40,491 nucleotides of DNA from an uncultured Desulfovibrionaceae bacterium (GCA_964370525.1 CAYJJP010000001.1:1-40491), one strand, 5' to 3'; positions 32,855 through 40,491 are shown, counted from the first letter of the stretch. Translations and numbers: made by a program. The notes: generated by a model from the letters alone, not told the origin.

Positions 32855-33415
32855 CTAAACTAAAGCCATGTTCTTGTTAACCGCCCTTGCAATAAGCGAA
32901 TGCTGTTCGGTGGGCTTTTCCGTCTGCATCTTTGCGTAATCGTTGCGCCAACTCTCGCTGTTTAAAAACGTCGCCGGAAGCTTGATATATTTTGGCTCGG
33001 TGTCCTTCGTAATCTCGGCATAACGCTGGGCCCCTTGAACAATGCTCTCGAAACTGTCCTTCTTTAAAGCCTTAACAAAAGCTTTAAGGGCCAACTGCTT
33101 GTCAATCCTGCGCCCTTTGGGATATGCCTCCCAAAACGTTTCAAACCCCTCTGCCGTCTCTTTGCTTTTTGCAAGAGGTATAATATATTCCCCCTCAAGC
33201 GTCAAACTAAGTAAATTCTTTTCCAAACAGTTTGTCGTAACCTTTTCAATCTGCTTTTTTGAAAGATACGGAAAAATGTCCAAAAGCTCGTCGACAGACG
33301 GTACAACTTCTTTTTTAAGATCTAAAAGAACCGATATGAACAGAGCCTCCGTGGCGCCATATTCCGTCGCCATAGCGACGTTAAAACCGTGAACGCTATT
33401 CTTTGTCTTTGTCAT
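32855..33415 (-). CDS. putative replication initiation / origin-binding protein (start uncertain)
   Basis: N-terminal wHTH-like region plus FETFWEAYPKGRR..ALKAF..PATFLNSESWRND motif common in phage replication proteins. Lies upstream of the DnaC-like gene. Confidence 0.4.
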   Translation of the reverse strand: MTKTKNSVHGFNVAMATEYGATEALFISVLLDLKKEVVPSVDELLDIFPYLSKKQIEKVTTNCLEKNLLSLTLEGEYIIPLAKSKETAEGFETFWEAYPKGRRIDKQLALKAFVKALKKDSFESIVQGAQRYAEITKDTEPKYIKLPATFLNSESWRNDYAKMQTEKPTEQHSLIARAVNKNMALV

Positions 33416-33656
33416 AGCTATAATACCCGTCAATCCCTTTCTTTAAGCTCCAAGTAAGATTGTGTTTCTTCGCGTCTCTTTTGGAAACAAATCTGCTGTT
33501 TTCGCCTTTTTGCTGACATTCTTCTATAGAACAACCTCGAACCTCGTCCGTCGTAAGTAAAAACCCGCAAACCGCGTTGGCGGAATCGCCAGCCTGCAAA
33601 AAGAAACAACCTCTACATTTCTTCAACCTCTTGTTTTGCAAAATTTCGTATGCCAC
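33396..33656 (-). CDS. Cys-rich hypothetical protein (86 aa)
   Basis: ORF track; CRGC..C..C..C. Confidence 0.45.
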   Translation of the reverse strand: MAYEILQNKRLKKCRGCFFLQAGDSANAVCGFLLTTDEVRGCSIEECQQKGENSRFVSKRDAKKHNLTWSLKKGIDGYYSYDKDKE

Positions 33657-33668
33657 AAAACAACCCCC

Positions 33669-34118
33669 CTAATCCCCAAAACTAACCCTGTTTTCTTTAA
33701 TCGCCCGCTGGGCTTCTTCCTTTGAATAAAAAACGTTTTTAAGAATATTGGAAAACTCTATATACAATCCAACGTCGTTTAAACTCATACCCCCGTCCGA
33801 CGGCGAGAAAAACCCAAAAGCCGAAAGCCCGGTAATGATAGACTTTGAAACGGTATATTTGTTTTGCTCCCCGTCCTCAATCATGATGTCGTCCAAAACA
33901 AACCAAACCTCTTGGAACATCCTAACCGGGGCATATCTAAAGCTAAAATTTAAAACAAAGTTATCAACCGCGCGTCTGAAATTCCGTTTAAACGTCTCGA
34001 TAGTGATAGCCGGTTCAATAACAAGCCCCGAAATCGGAACATTAGTCGCAACAAAAACGTCCTGTTCCGGCAAAAAGTCGTAAGTAATCTTAAATCCCCT
34101 ATATTCAAGTTCGCCCAT
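33669..34118 (-). CDS. hypothetical protein (149 aa)
   Basis: ORF track; the N-terminus is weakly HicB-fold-like. Confidence 0.45.
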   Translation of the reverse strand: MGELEYRGFKITYDFLPEQDVFVATNVPISGLVIEPAITIETFKRNFRRAVDNFVLNFSFRYAPVRMFQEVWFVLDDIMIEDGEQNKYTVSKSIITGLSAFGFFSPSDGGMSLNDVGLYIEFSNILKNVFYSKEEAQRAIKENRVSFGD

Positions 34119-34977
34119 TCTTTTTCCCTCCGTATTTTTTTAAATAATAACTACAAAACTTGTTAACCTCGCAATAATCGGTACATTTAACGTCCCGACC
34201 CTCAAGCCGTTGAACCTGTCCGCCTCGCCCCCTCGCAAAAGCTATTGCCTCCCCCGAGCTGTCGAAATAGTTTTGTTTCCCGGTCTTTAGGTCTTTAACC
34301 GCGAAGCGCTCCCCCGAGTTAAAGCGTTGAGCCAAACTGCAAGTCGGAAGCTCCCCGTCCGGAAGATGTTCCGAAACCTCAAGCTTTTTGAAATACTCCG
34401 TCAAAAATTTTTCTATAGAGATAAAATCCTTTTCCGAAAACTTAAACGGAATAGTAACTATCGCCGTCTTGGGATACCCCTCCCGAAACTCGCTTTCTTT
34501 TCGACTAAAATCTTTGACAAATGCAACAACTTCGCCCATTCTAACCTTATGCCCCTGTCGCCTTAAAAGCCATGAGTATATTAAAAGTTGCTTTCGCCAA
34601 TCGGAATAATCTTTCTTGATTACCTTCCAAACCGAACAAGTTTTATAATCAACCACCGTCGCCCGGCTCTTGTCAAAAAAATCGAACTTCCCCGAAAGGG
34701 TATACTTTGAAAACTTCGCCTCAAGGCGAACTTCTTTCATGTCTCCGTCCCCTGCCGGCTCTTTAGCGGCTACTTCGTGAACCGCCGTCCCGAATATCCG
34801 CCAAACCATGTCCGAAACATCCGAAACTATCTCGTGCCGGTGCCGGCGATATAAAAGGACCTCCCGAAACCCCTTAAGCGTTTCGGTAACGCGATATGTG
34901 TTTTTCGGGAACGTCTCCTCCCCCGAAACAAACGAAACCAACGCCTTGGGTAGATTGTGCTTATTTGTTATAATCAT
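34105..34977 (-). CDS. PD-(D/E)XK (Cas4/RecB-like) nuclease with C-terminal Cys cluster
   Basis: ATG 34977 in ATGA overlap with the upstream gene. ..VVDYKT.. core and CTDYCEVNKFC cluster. Confidence 0.6.
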   Translation of the reverse strand: MIITNKHNLPKALVSFVSGEETFPKNTYRVTETLKGFREVLLYRRHRHEIVSDVSDMVWRIFGTAVHEVAAKEPAGDGDMKEVRLEAKFSKYTLSGKFDFFDKSRATVVDYKTCSVWKVIKKDYSDWRKQLLIYSWLLRRQGHKVRMGEVVAFVKDFSRKESEFREGYPKTAIVTIPFKFSEKDFISIEKFLTEYFKKLEVSEHLPDGELPTCSLAQRFNSGERFAVKDLKTGKQNYFDSSGEAIAFARGRGGQVQRLEGRDVKCTDYCEVNKFCSYYLKKYGGKKNGRT

Positions 34978-35240
34978 GTCGCAAACCCCGGCGCCTGCGG
35001 TTGCTCCAGCGCTTGCGTTTGTTCCGCTTTTTTCGTAGCGTGCGACAAAATCCAAGCGTTAACCATATCGGAATACTGTTCTTTGAAAACCTCCGGTTTA
35101 ATCGGTCTCTCAAAAGGCGCCGTCTTAAAAAGTAAAACAACCCTTGGCTTTTTAACCGTCTTATATCTCGGAACATCAACAAACCCTAAAAACTCTCCGT
35201 TTCGAATGCGCTGTTTAATAACGTTGTGATATGGATACAT
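34974..35240 (-). CDS. hypothetical protein (88 aa)
   Basis: ORF track; GGGAG RBS. Confidence 0.55.
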   Translation of the reverse strand: MYPYHNVIKQRIRNGEFLGFVDVPRYKTVKKPRVVLLFKTAPFERPIKPEVFKEQYSDMVNAWILSHATKKAEQTQALEQPQAPGFAT

Positions 35241-35289
35241 GTAAAAACTCCCGTAAATTATTTTTTAAAAAAAGGCCAAAAGCCCGCTT

Positions 35290-35422
35290 GGTTATCCCTT
35301 GCGAATAATCTATCAATATCAAATAAAGGTCTTTTTTTTCGAAGAGAGAAAAAAAACAAGTGGCTATCTTGTTCTTTAAAAATGAAAAGGGGTAAGGGGA
35401 AACCCCTTCGCAAGGGATAACC
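35290..35422. repeat. 16-bp perfect inverted repeat enclosing 101 bp of hairpin-rich non-coding DNA
   Basis: GGTTATCCCTTGCGAA (35290-305) / TTCGCAAGGGATAACC (35407-422). Inner hairpin AAGGGG-AAA-CCCCTT. Confidence 0.9.
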
Positions 35423-35435
35423 AAAAAGGCTGTTG

Positions 35436-35951
35436 TTATTCTTTCATAAATAAAACCCAATGCGTTTTACTTTGTTTTCCACTCCTGTGACCTAAAATTG
35501 GTTTTTGTTCTGTTAAAGACAAAATAGAGCTAAGCTTTATATCTGTTTCATTCCATTTAAAAATCAAAAATCCTCCCGGTTTTAAAACTCGAAAGCATTC
35601 AGAAAAGCCTTTCGACAACATTTCTTTCCAGTCAGAATATAATGCACCATATTTTTGTTGCTGAAATCCGGATGGCGGCTTTGTTGCATTCAAAGAACCA
35701 TACATACTGGCATATTTACTTTTACCCGTGTTTCTTGTTAGATGGGGTGGATCAAAGACTACTAAAGAAAAAGTGTTGTCCTCGTGCGGTTGACTTGTAA
35801 AATCTGCGATTAAATCAGGACACACCTCAAAACACCTTCCATCACAAAGCGTTAAAGTTTCATTTCGGATATCCTGAAACAAAACACGAGGGTCTTTTTT
35901 GTCAAAATAAAACATTTTACCACCGCAGGCAACATCAAGTATCTGTTTCAT
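35436..35951 (-). CDS. orphan SAM-dependent DNA methyltransferase (amino-MTase, DPPH motif)
   Basis: Motif I ILDVACGG, motif IV VVFDPPHL. No adjacent restriction endonuclease. The gene is visibly AT-richer than its neighbours. Confidence 0.7.
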   Translation of the reverse strand: MKQILDVACGGKMFYFDKKDPRVLFQDIRNETLTLCDGRCFEVCPDLIADFTSQPHEDNTFSLVVFDPPHLTRNTGKSKYASMYGSLNATKPPSGFQQQKYGALYSDWKEMLSKGFSECFRVLKPGGFLIFKWNETDIKLSSILSLTEQKPILGHRSGKQSKTHWVLFMKE

Positions 35952-35953
35952 GC

Positions 35954-36241
35954 CTACAAAACCCCCAAATTTTTAAGCCTTATATAATTTCGCTCGAGCT
36001 TTTCAATATCTAAGCCCCAAGCCTCAAAAGCGCAAGCCGTGTCAACCGTCGTTGAGTTTAAAGGCATAACGTCTTTTTTGGCCATAACCGCGAATGCCAT
36101 CTCCTTAAGCCCAACAACCCTCGCCGACCCTATCGGAGAAACAAAAAGATCTTTAATTGCTCGGTTGCCAAGTTGCGTCTTCGAGTAATATATTTCAATA
36201 GCCTTCTCAAGGCTCGCTATCTCGGGCACTCTTGTCGCCAT
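35954..36241 (-). CDS. hypothetical protein (95 aa)
   Basis: ORF track. Confidence 0.5.
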   Translation of the reverse strand: MATRVPEIASLEKAIEIYYSKTQLGNRAIKDLFVSPIGSARVVGLKEMAFAVMAKKDVMPLNSTTVDTACAFEAWGLDIEKLERNYIRLKNLGVL

Positions 36242-36656
36242 GGTTCAAAATCTCCTTCTTAAACTCTTTAATCGCTTCAAGCATAAGCTCCCACGCCATG
36301 TTCATTCCATAAACAAAAATGACTTCGGGTTCAATAAGCGGGGCGCAAACAGAAAACTTTTCTTTAAATTTTTCCTTAACGGCTGTCTCGTAACTCTTTG
36401 CAAGGCCGGAAAGCGCAATCTTCAAGCTGTAAACCTCTCGGCTCGGCGCATAAAGCCTGTTAATTAAGTCGTCAATAATGTCAACCGTAGCCCCAATAGT
36501 TACCTTAAAACCGTCAAAATAAATCTGCTCTTTCGCGACCCCGACAAAACTCTTACCGGCCGTTTTCTTGACGTCGGCCACAGCTTTATAAGGATCTTTG
36601 CTCTGCTGCTTATATGTTTTTAAAATCATGTCTTCGATTATGTTTAAAGTTATCAT
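36207..36656 (-). CDS. hypothetical protein (149 aa)
   Basis: ORF track. Confidence 0.5.
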   Translation of the reverse strand: MITLNIIEDMILKTYKQQSKDPYKAVADVKKTAGKSFVGVAKEQIYFDGFKVTIGATVDIIDDLINRLYAPSREVYSLKIALSGLAKSYETAVKEKFKEKFSVCAPLIEPEVIFVYGMNMAWELMLEAIKEFKKEILNHGDKSARDSEP

Positions 36657-37003
36657 GTGAAAACCCCAAACTCTTCCGGCTTTAAAAACATCGCCTTAAC
36701 TTTTCTTAAAGTTTCCGGAGAAAGGCTTTTAAAATTCTCACCCTCAACCCCTGCAACAATAAACGTTCCGTAAATAACATCAACCGGCTTGCCGTTAAAG
36801 TTATACAAACTGCGATTTAGCGGCAAGCCTTTAAGTTTCCCCTCTTCGTCGCAGATAATAACCGCGTCGGGCAAAAATGAAACCGTTTCGATATATCCCC
36901 CAACCGTCCCCTGCAACGCCTCAAGCGTGTTGGAAATAAAAATCTCTCTCGCCGGCTTTTTTGGTTCAACAAGCAAAACTTGAATCAACTGATTTCTTAA
37001 CAT
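36653..37003 (-). CDS. DUF3846-like protein
   Basis: LEALQGTVGGYIETV..VIICDEEGKLKGLPLN..IYGTFIV matches the DUF3846 pattern. Confidence 0.5.
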   Translation of the reverse strand: MLRNQLIQVLLVEPKKPAREIFISNTLEALQGTVGGYIETVSFLPDAVIICDEEGKLKGLPLNRSLYNFNGKPVDVIYGTFIVAGVEGENFKSLSPETLRKVKAMFLKPEEFGVFT

Positions 37004-37036
37004 CGTTAAACTTCTCCCGTCATAAAAAATATTAAA

Positions 37037-37348
37037 CTATCCTTTTAAAAGACATACTAAATCAAAAATCCTCTGTTTGCTATCGTCCGACAACGAAGCT
37101 AAAGCTTTTAAAATTTTTTGCTCTATAGTCGGCGGTTCGTCCGTTGGTTCGCTATCCTCCGGATTTCTCAATAAATGCTCAACCGTAACGCCAAAATAGT
37201 TTGCTATCTTTATCAAATTAGCGTCCGTCGGAACACAACCGCTCTTCCAGCGTGTGCCAAGAGACCTTTGAAAGCCTATCTCTATAATTGCGGCAGTAGG
37301 TGAAATGTTCCGCTTATTACATTCCTCTACGAAATTCCAATAAAACAT
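37037..37348 (-). CDS. XRE-family HTH, Cro-like first gene of the early operon
   Basis: 103 aa. NISPTAAIIEIGFQRSLGTRWKSG..ANLIKIANYFGVTVEHLL. Divergent from the repressor-like paralogue. Confidence 0.7.
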   Translation of the reverse strand: MFYWNFVEECNKRNISPTAAIIEIGFQRSLGTRWKSGCVPTDANLIKIANYFGVTVEHLLRNPEDSEPTDEPPTIEQKILKALASLSDDSKQRIFDLVCLLKG

Positions 37349-37562
37349 TTGAATATCCTTTCTTAATGTTTTGTTTAAAATTTATTAACTTTGCTAAAGT
37401 TGCAAAAGTTTATTATTTGTGATATCATTTCTTTAAACTAACTAAACACAACCACAAACATGAATTTGCTGAACTTTAATTGCATTATAAACTGTACTTT
37501 ATGAACTTGCAATAGGGTTTTCATAAGTTTGTAGAAAATCACAAAAACCAAGGGATTATTTT
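37349..37562. promoter_or_regulatory. genetic-switch intergenic region with recurring AACTTT/AAAGTT half-sites
   Basis: Palindrome AACTTTGCTAAAGTT (37387-401) overlapping AAAGTTGCAAAAGTT. Further AACTTT at 37472-77 and AACTTG at 37504-09. + strand TTGCAA(37400-05)-17-TATCAT(37423-28). Confidence 0.55.
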
Positions 37563-37880
37563 ATGTTTTATGACAACTTTATAATAGAGTGTAATAAAAA
37601 CAACATTTCCCCAACTGCGGCAGCTCTTAAAATTGGATTTCCGCGCTCAATCGTAACAATTTGGAAAAACGGCTCTAAGCCTAGAGACGCTAACTTAAAA
37701 AAAATAGCCGATTATTTCGGCGTTACCGTTGATTATCTTTTAAGGGAAAAAGAAAACGCCGCCCAACTGGACGGCATTGAGACTACGACGGACAAGCTCA
37801 TAAAAGCGGTTGCTTCTCTTTCTGAAGATAAACAAAAACAACTTCTTGAGATGATACGTCTTTTTGAAGACAACCGATAG
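37563..37880 (+). CDS. XRE-family HTH, CI-like repressor
   Basis: 105 aa. NISPTAAALKIGFPRSIVTIWKNG..ANLKKIADYFGVTVDYLL. Co-oriented with the integrase. Confidence 0.7.
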   Translation: MFYDNFIIECNKNNISPTAAALKIGFPRSIVTIWKNGSKPRDANLKKIADYFGVTVDYLLREKENAAQLDGIETTTDKLIKAVASLSEDKQKQLLEMIRLFEDNR

Positions 37881-38116
37881 CAAACTCAATAAACCCCAAA
37901 AGCTCGCTGTCACCTGCCTCGCTTGCGGCTTCAATCAACCCTATCAAATTTTTTTCCATTTCCCAAAAACCTCCCAAGCAATAAATAACGAAAACCAAAT
38001 TTCGATATATTTAATACTACGCTTTTTGTAAAATAATAACAATAACAGAATTAACCAAAATTCGACAATTGTTTTTATAAAAATTTACAGTTAAAAGAAA
38101 AGTGAGGGGTAAAGAC

Positions 38117-38635
38117 ATGACGGGAATAATAGTAACGCTTTTTAATATATTAGCGTGTACATATTTTTTGTTTTCAGATGGCTCTTTCACAATTATTTAT
38201 TTTGCCGGAATAGCCTATCTTCTTGAAAGTATTCGAGGTTACGCAACCGGCGAACTAAAGTCTTTTAGCATACCGCTTTCAATAATTATAGCCGGTGTTT
38301 TGGTTGGAATAGCAAACGGTTATAAGATATTCGCGTCTATATGTTTATTTCTCTGCATCGGTGGAGCAATAATCGGAACTCTCGGAATACTGTTTACAAT
38401 ATGGATGATGATTTTTTCCGAATACAAAAACCAACCGCAACAACTCCCAACCATAAGCGAACCACCAAACGAAAAACAAAAACAGCCCGAAATAGATAAA
38501 GCTATCCAAGACTACGAAAACTTAATAAATCAAGCAAAAAAACAAGCGGAACATATCGAAAAACTAAAAGCTCATAAACAAAATTTATACTCCGAACAAA
38601 ACAACAACCCCGAAAACTATCCGCCCCCATTCTAA
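38117..38635 (+). CDS. multi-pass membrane protein in the lysogeny module (candidate superinfection exclusion)
   Basis: ATG 38117 with a GAGGGG RBS. About four hydrophobic segments, then a charged Gln/Lys-rich tail. Confidence 0.55.
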   Translation: MTGIIVTLFNILACTYFLFSDGSFTIIYFAGIAYLLESIRGYATGELKSFSIPLSIIIAGVLVGIANGYKIFASICLFLCIGGAIIGTLGILFTIWMMIFSEYKNQPQQLPTISEPPNEKQKQPEIDKAIQDYENLINQAKKQAEHIEKLKAHKQNLYSEQNNNPENYPPPF

Positions 38636-38651
38636 AAAAAAGGTTAAACCA

Positions 38652-39785
38652 ATGCCCATATACAAAATGTCCGGCAAGCGTGACGGGCTCTCGCAATACC
38701 GTGTGCGAATAAACTATATCGACGCGCTCGGCAAAAAAAAACAGCTCGACCGTATAGCCTACGGCAAAGCCGAAGCCTCGCTCCTCGAGGCGGAACTAAA
38801 AAAGCAAGTCTCGGCAAAAGATATCGCAACAACAATGTCGATAGCCGAGCTATACGAAGAATACATAAAAAACAAAAAAAGCGAGGTTCGAGAGACCTCG
38901 CTTTTAAAAACGATCGCAACCTTTAAAAATCATATACTCCCCATATTAAAAGACGTTAAACTAAACAACATAAAACCCCAAACGCTCCAAAACTGGAAAT
39001 CGGAAGTTCTTAAAAAAAATTTAGCCTTTGTTTCAACAAAAAATACTTATAAGGAGCTTTCCGCCCTTTTTAATTACGCTGTAAGACTACAGTATATAAA
39101 CCAAAACCCGCTCCGTCTTGTCGGAAACTTTAAAGATCCCTATTTTAAGCCGGAACAAGAAAAAATCTGCTACTACACGGCCGACCAATTTAAAGCGTTT
39201 ATATCCGTTGCAAAAATCGAAGCCCAAAAACAAAACAACCTAACCGCTTGGGGTTATTACGTTTTTTTTAACATAGCGTTTTACACCGGAATGCGAAAAG
39301 GCGAGATAAACGCGCTTCGATGGAGCGACCTCGAGGGCGATATAATTTATATAAAAAAAAGTATAACCCAAAAAATAAAGGGAAAACCAAACGTCGAAAC
39401 TCCCCCAAAAAACAAATCAAGCTATCGCCAAATAGCTGCCCCGCTCCCCCTGCTTAAAATCCTAACAGAACACAAACAGCGCCAAGCAAAATTAAGCTTA
39501 AGCGCAAACGCCCTAATCTGTGGCGGCGAAAACCCTCTCCGAGACACAACGCTTTCAAACAAAAATATCGAATTTGCAAAACTCGCCAATATCCCAACAA
39601 TAAGAATCCACGACTTTCGCCACTCCCACGCCTCTCTTCTGATTAATGAGGGCATAAACATAAAAGAGATCTCTCGCCGCCTTGGCCACGCCAAAGTAGA
39701 AATAACGTGGAACACCTATGGCCACCTATACCCCCAAGAAGAAACCAAAGTTTTAAATATTTTAAACAATATATCAATAGATTAA
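38652..39785 (+). CDS. int: tyrosine recombinase / phage integrase
   Basis: 377 aa. ..TGMRKGEINALRW.. and IRIHDFRHSHASLLINEGI..ISRRLGHAKVEITWNTYGHLY (R..HxxR..Y catalytic motifs). Adjacent to attR. Confidence 0.9.
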   Translation: MPIYKMSGKRDGLSQYRVRINYIDALGKKKQLDRIAYGKAEASLLEAELKKQVSAKDIATTMSIAELYEEYIKNKKSEVRETSLLKTIATFKNHILPILKDVKLNNIKPQTLQNWKSEVLKKNLAFVSTKNTYKELSALFNYAVRLQYINQNPLRLVGNFKDPYFKPEQEKICYYTADQFKAFISVAKIEAQKQNNLTAWGYYVFFNIAFYTGMRKGEINALRWSDLEGDIIYIKKSITQKIKGKPNVETPPKNKSSYRQIAAPLPLLKILTEHKQRQAKLSLSANALICGGENPLRDTTLSNKNIEFAKLANIPTIRIHDFRHSHASLLINEGINIKEISRRLGHAKVEITWNTYGHLYPQEETKVLNILNNISID

Positions 39786-39808
39786 AACATATATCCCTAA
39801 TCTCTTTT

Positions 39809-39832
39809 TACACGCTTTTTACACGCTTTTTC
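39809..39832 (+). repeat. 24-bp arm repeat, copy 2
   Basis: TACACGCTTTTTACACGCTTTTTC, 120 bp inside attR and identical to 1079..1102. Confidence 0.8.
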
Positions 39833-39951
39833 AACATTTTTTAATTTATCGAAAAAACCAAACAAAACAAAACAAAACAAAAACCGCCCAAATAAAGCGT
39901 TTTCAACACATACCAAAACAACAAAAAATACAACAAAATAATAAATTCAAC

Positions 39952-39968
39952 TCCTGTCGTCCCGACCA
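39952..39968 (+). repeat. attR core
   Basis: TCCTGTCGTCCCGACCA, identical to 1020..1036. Confidence 0.85.
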
Positions 39969-39971
39969 GTC

Positions 39972-40014
39972 AGAGTGTTCTTATAGGATTTCACCTATAA
40001 GGACACTCTTTTTA
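39972..40014 (+). terminator. ancestral tRNA-Pro terminator displaced by the prophage
   Basis: 16-bp stem AGAGTGTTCTTATAGG/CCTATAAGGACACTCT (one G-U pair), followed by TTTTATTT. Confidence 0.7.
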
Positions 40015-40015
40015 T

Positions 40016-40491
40016 TTACACTTCCGGTGTCCATTCCACCCCCTTGCGCACTTTCAATTTCACAGGTTCTGATTTCAATTTTTCAAGTTGCTCTGGGTGA
40101 ACCTGTCCAACATAATTATAATGTATCTCTAAACGTTGCTTCAAGTAACCATCTTCTTTTTTTGCATGGTGCACCACAATTTTCTCAACAAGGTCATGCA
40201 AAATCCCTCGTGTCAGCTTTTTTATTCGTGTATACCTTTTAATTGTAGACATAAATGCTTTGTAATTTGATGCTTTTGATTCAAGTTCTTGCAAGTGTTT
40301 CTGTTTATCTACAAGTGTAGCTTCAAGTTCTGACTGTTCCTCATTGTATTTCTGAGACATCTGTGCAAACCTATCGTTTGTAATTACTCCAAATACATTA
40401 TCTTCATAAAGCTTTGAAAATATTGTTTCAAGTTGCTTTAGCCTATTACTAATTTTCATAATATCGTTTGCTATGGTTTTTTTATCTTTCT
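40016..40491 (-). CDS. C-terminal part of a large serine recombinase (DUF4368-type); open to the right edge
   Basis: ..LETIFSKLYEDNVFGVITNDRFAQMSQKYNEEQSELE..IKKLTRGILHDLVEKIVVHH..LEIHYNYVG matches the C-terminal coiled-coil/DUF4368 region of Clostridial TndX/TnpX-like recombinases. The frame stays open upstream of the listed ATG. Confidence 0.6.
   Translation of the reverse strand, partial: KDKKTIANDIMKISNRLKQLETIFSKLYEDNVFGVITNDRFAQMSQKYNEEQSELEATLVDKQKHLQELESKASNYKAFMSTIKRYTRIKKLTRGILHDLVEKIVVHHAKKEDGYLKQRLEIHYNYVGQVHPEQLEKLKSEPVKLKVRKGVEWTPEV

Larger units (their letters stand above)
1020..39968. mobile_element. integrated temperate prophage (~38.9 kb) in tRNA-Pro
   Basis: 17-bp direct repeat TCCTGTCGTCCCGACCA at both ends. 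A tyrosine integrase sits next to attR. A complete packaging, capsid, lysis and lysogeny gene set lies in between. Confidence 0.9.

Noticed and set aside
35215-35460. ORFs 35215..35460 (-) and 35226..35420 (+) in the gap downstream of the methyltransferase.
   Set aside because: They run through the 16-bp inverted repeat, homopolymer runs and hairpins, give low-complexity translations and have no RBS. The region is better explained as structured non-coding DNA.
37798-37998. Minus-strand small ORF convergent with the CI-like gene. An internal ATG at 37959 has a good GGGAGG RBS (53 aa).
   Set aside because: Its last ~27 codons overlap the 3' end of the well-supported repressor gene in antisense. 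It is left unresolved and not called; it is worth a look in ribosome-profiling data.
1-40491. Search for reverse transcriptase (retron/DGR), cas genes, large NTPase/nuclease defence genes or toxin domains.
   Set aside because: No ORF shows RT (YxDD), Cas, STAND/AAA+ defence, TIR, SIR2 or nuclease-helicase fusion motifs. The only ATPase and nuclease motifs belong to terL, the DnaC-like loader and the PD-(D/E)XK recombination nuclease.

Overview
The window holds a ~38.9 kb temperate prophage (1020..39968) integrated into the 3' end of a tRNA-Pro(TGG) gene of a Firmicutes/Clostridia-like chromosome. It is bounded by a 17-bp direct repeat: attL at 1020..1036 inside the tRNA and attR at 39952..39968. 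Left flank: the 5' part of an iron-containing alcohol dehydrogenase gene (minus strand, runs off the edge, absent from the ORF track). Right flank: the ancestral tRNA terminator and the C-terminal part of a large serine recombinase belonging to a second mobile element. Prophage layout, right to left: (1) a lysogeny module on the + strand (XRE repressor, membrane protein, tyrosine integrase), divergent from a Cro-like paralogue. (2) A long minus-strand early operon: DUF3846, an AT-rich orphan DNA methyltransferase, a PD-(D/E)XK nuclease, a replication protein plus DnaC-like loader, an HExxH/XRE pair, DUF551, YopX, a Myb/SANT-repeat protein, several zinc-ribbon proteins, an HUH rolling-circle Rep-like protein and a RinA-like late activator. 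(3) A counter-oriented + strand three-gene cassette with its own consensus promoter, followed by a repeat-rich non-coding region. (4) terS, terL, portal, scaffold, decoration-like protein, major capsid and four tail/receptor-binding-like proteins. (5) A lysis cassette (M23 endolysin, LL-H holin). (6) Beyond terminators, a 301-aa protein, a 1790-aa giant protein and two small promoter/terminator-delimited modules next to attL. No tail tube, sheath or canonical tape-measure context was recognised, so the virion may be podovirus-like. Best candidates for something new: (a) the + strand cassette at 23926..25243 (consensus promoter with palindromic operators, an AT-rich unknown ORF, a GC-rich structured spacer, an ArdC-N-like protein and an RHH protein), punctuated by a triplicated 24-nt element with switchable hairpins; (b) the nearby HUH Rep-like gene and its hairpin-rich upstream region; (c) the giant ORF placed outside the structural block; (d) the TM plus sigma-region-4-like two-gene unit with its own near-consensus promoter. 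All functional calls come from motif recognition by eye; no database search was possible.
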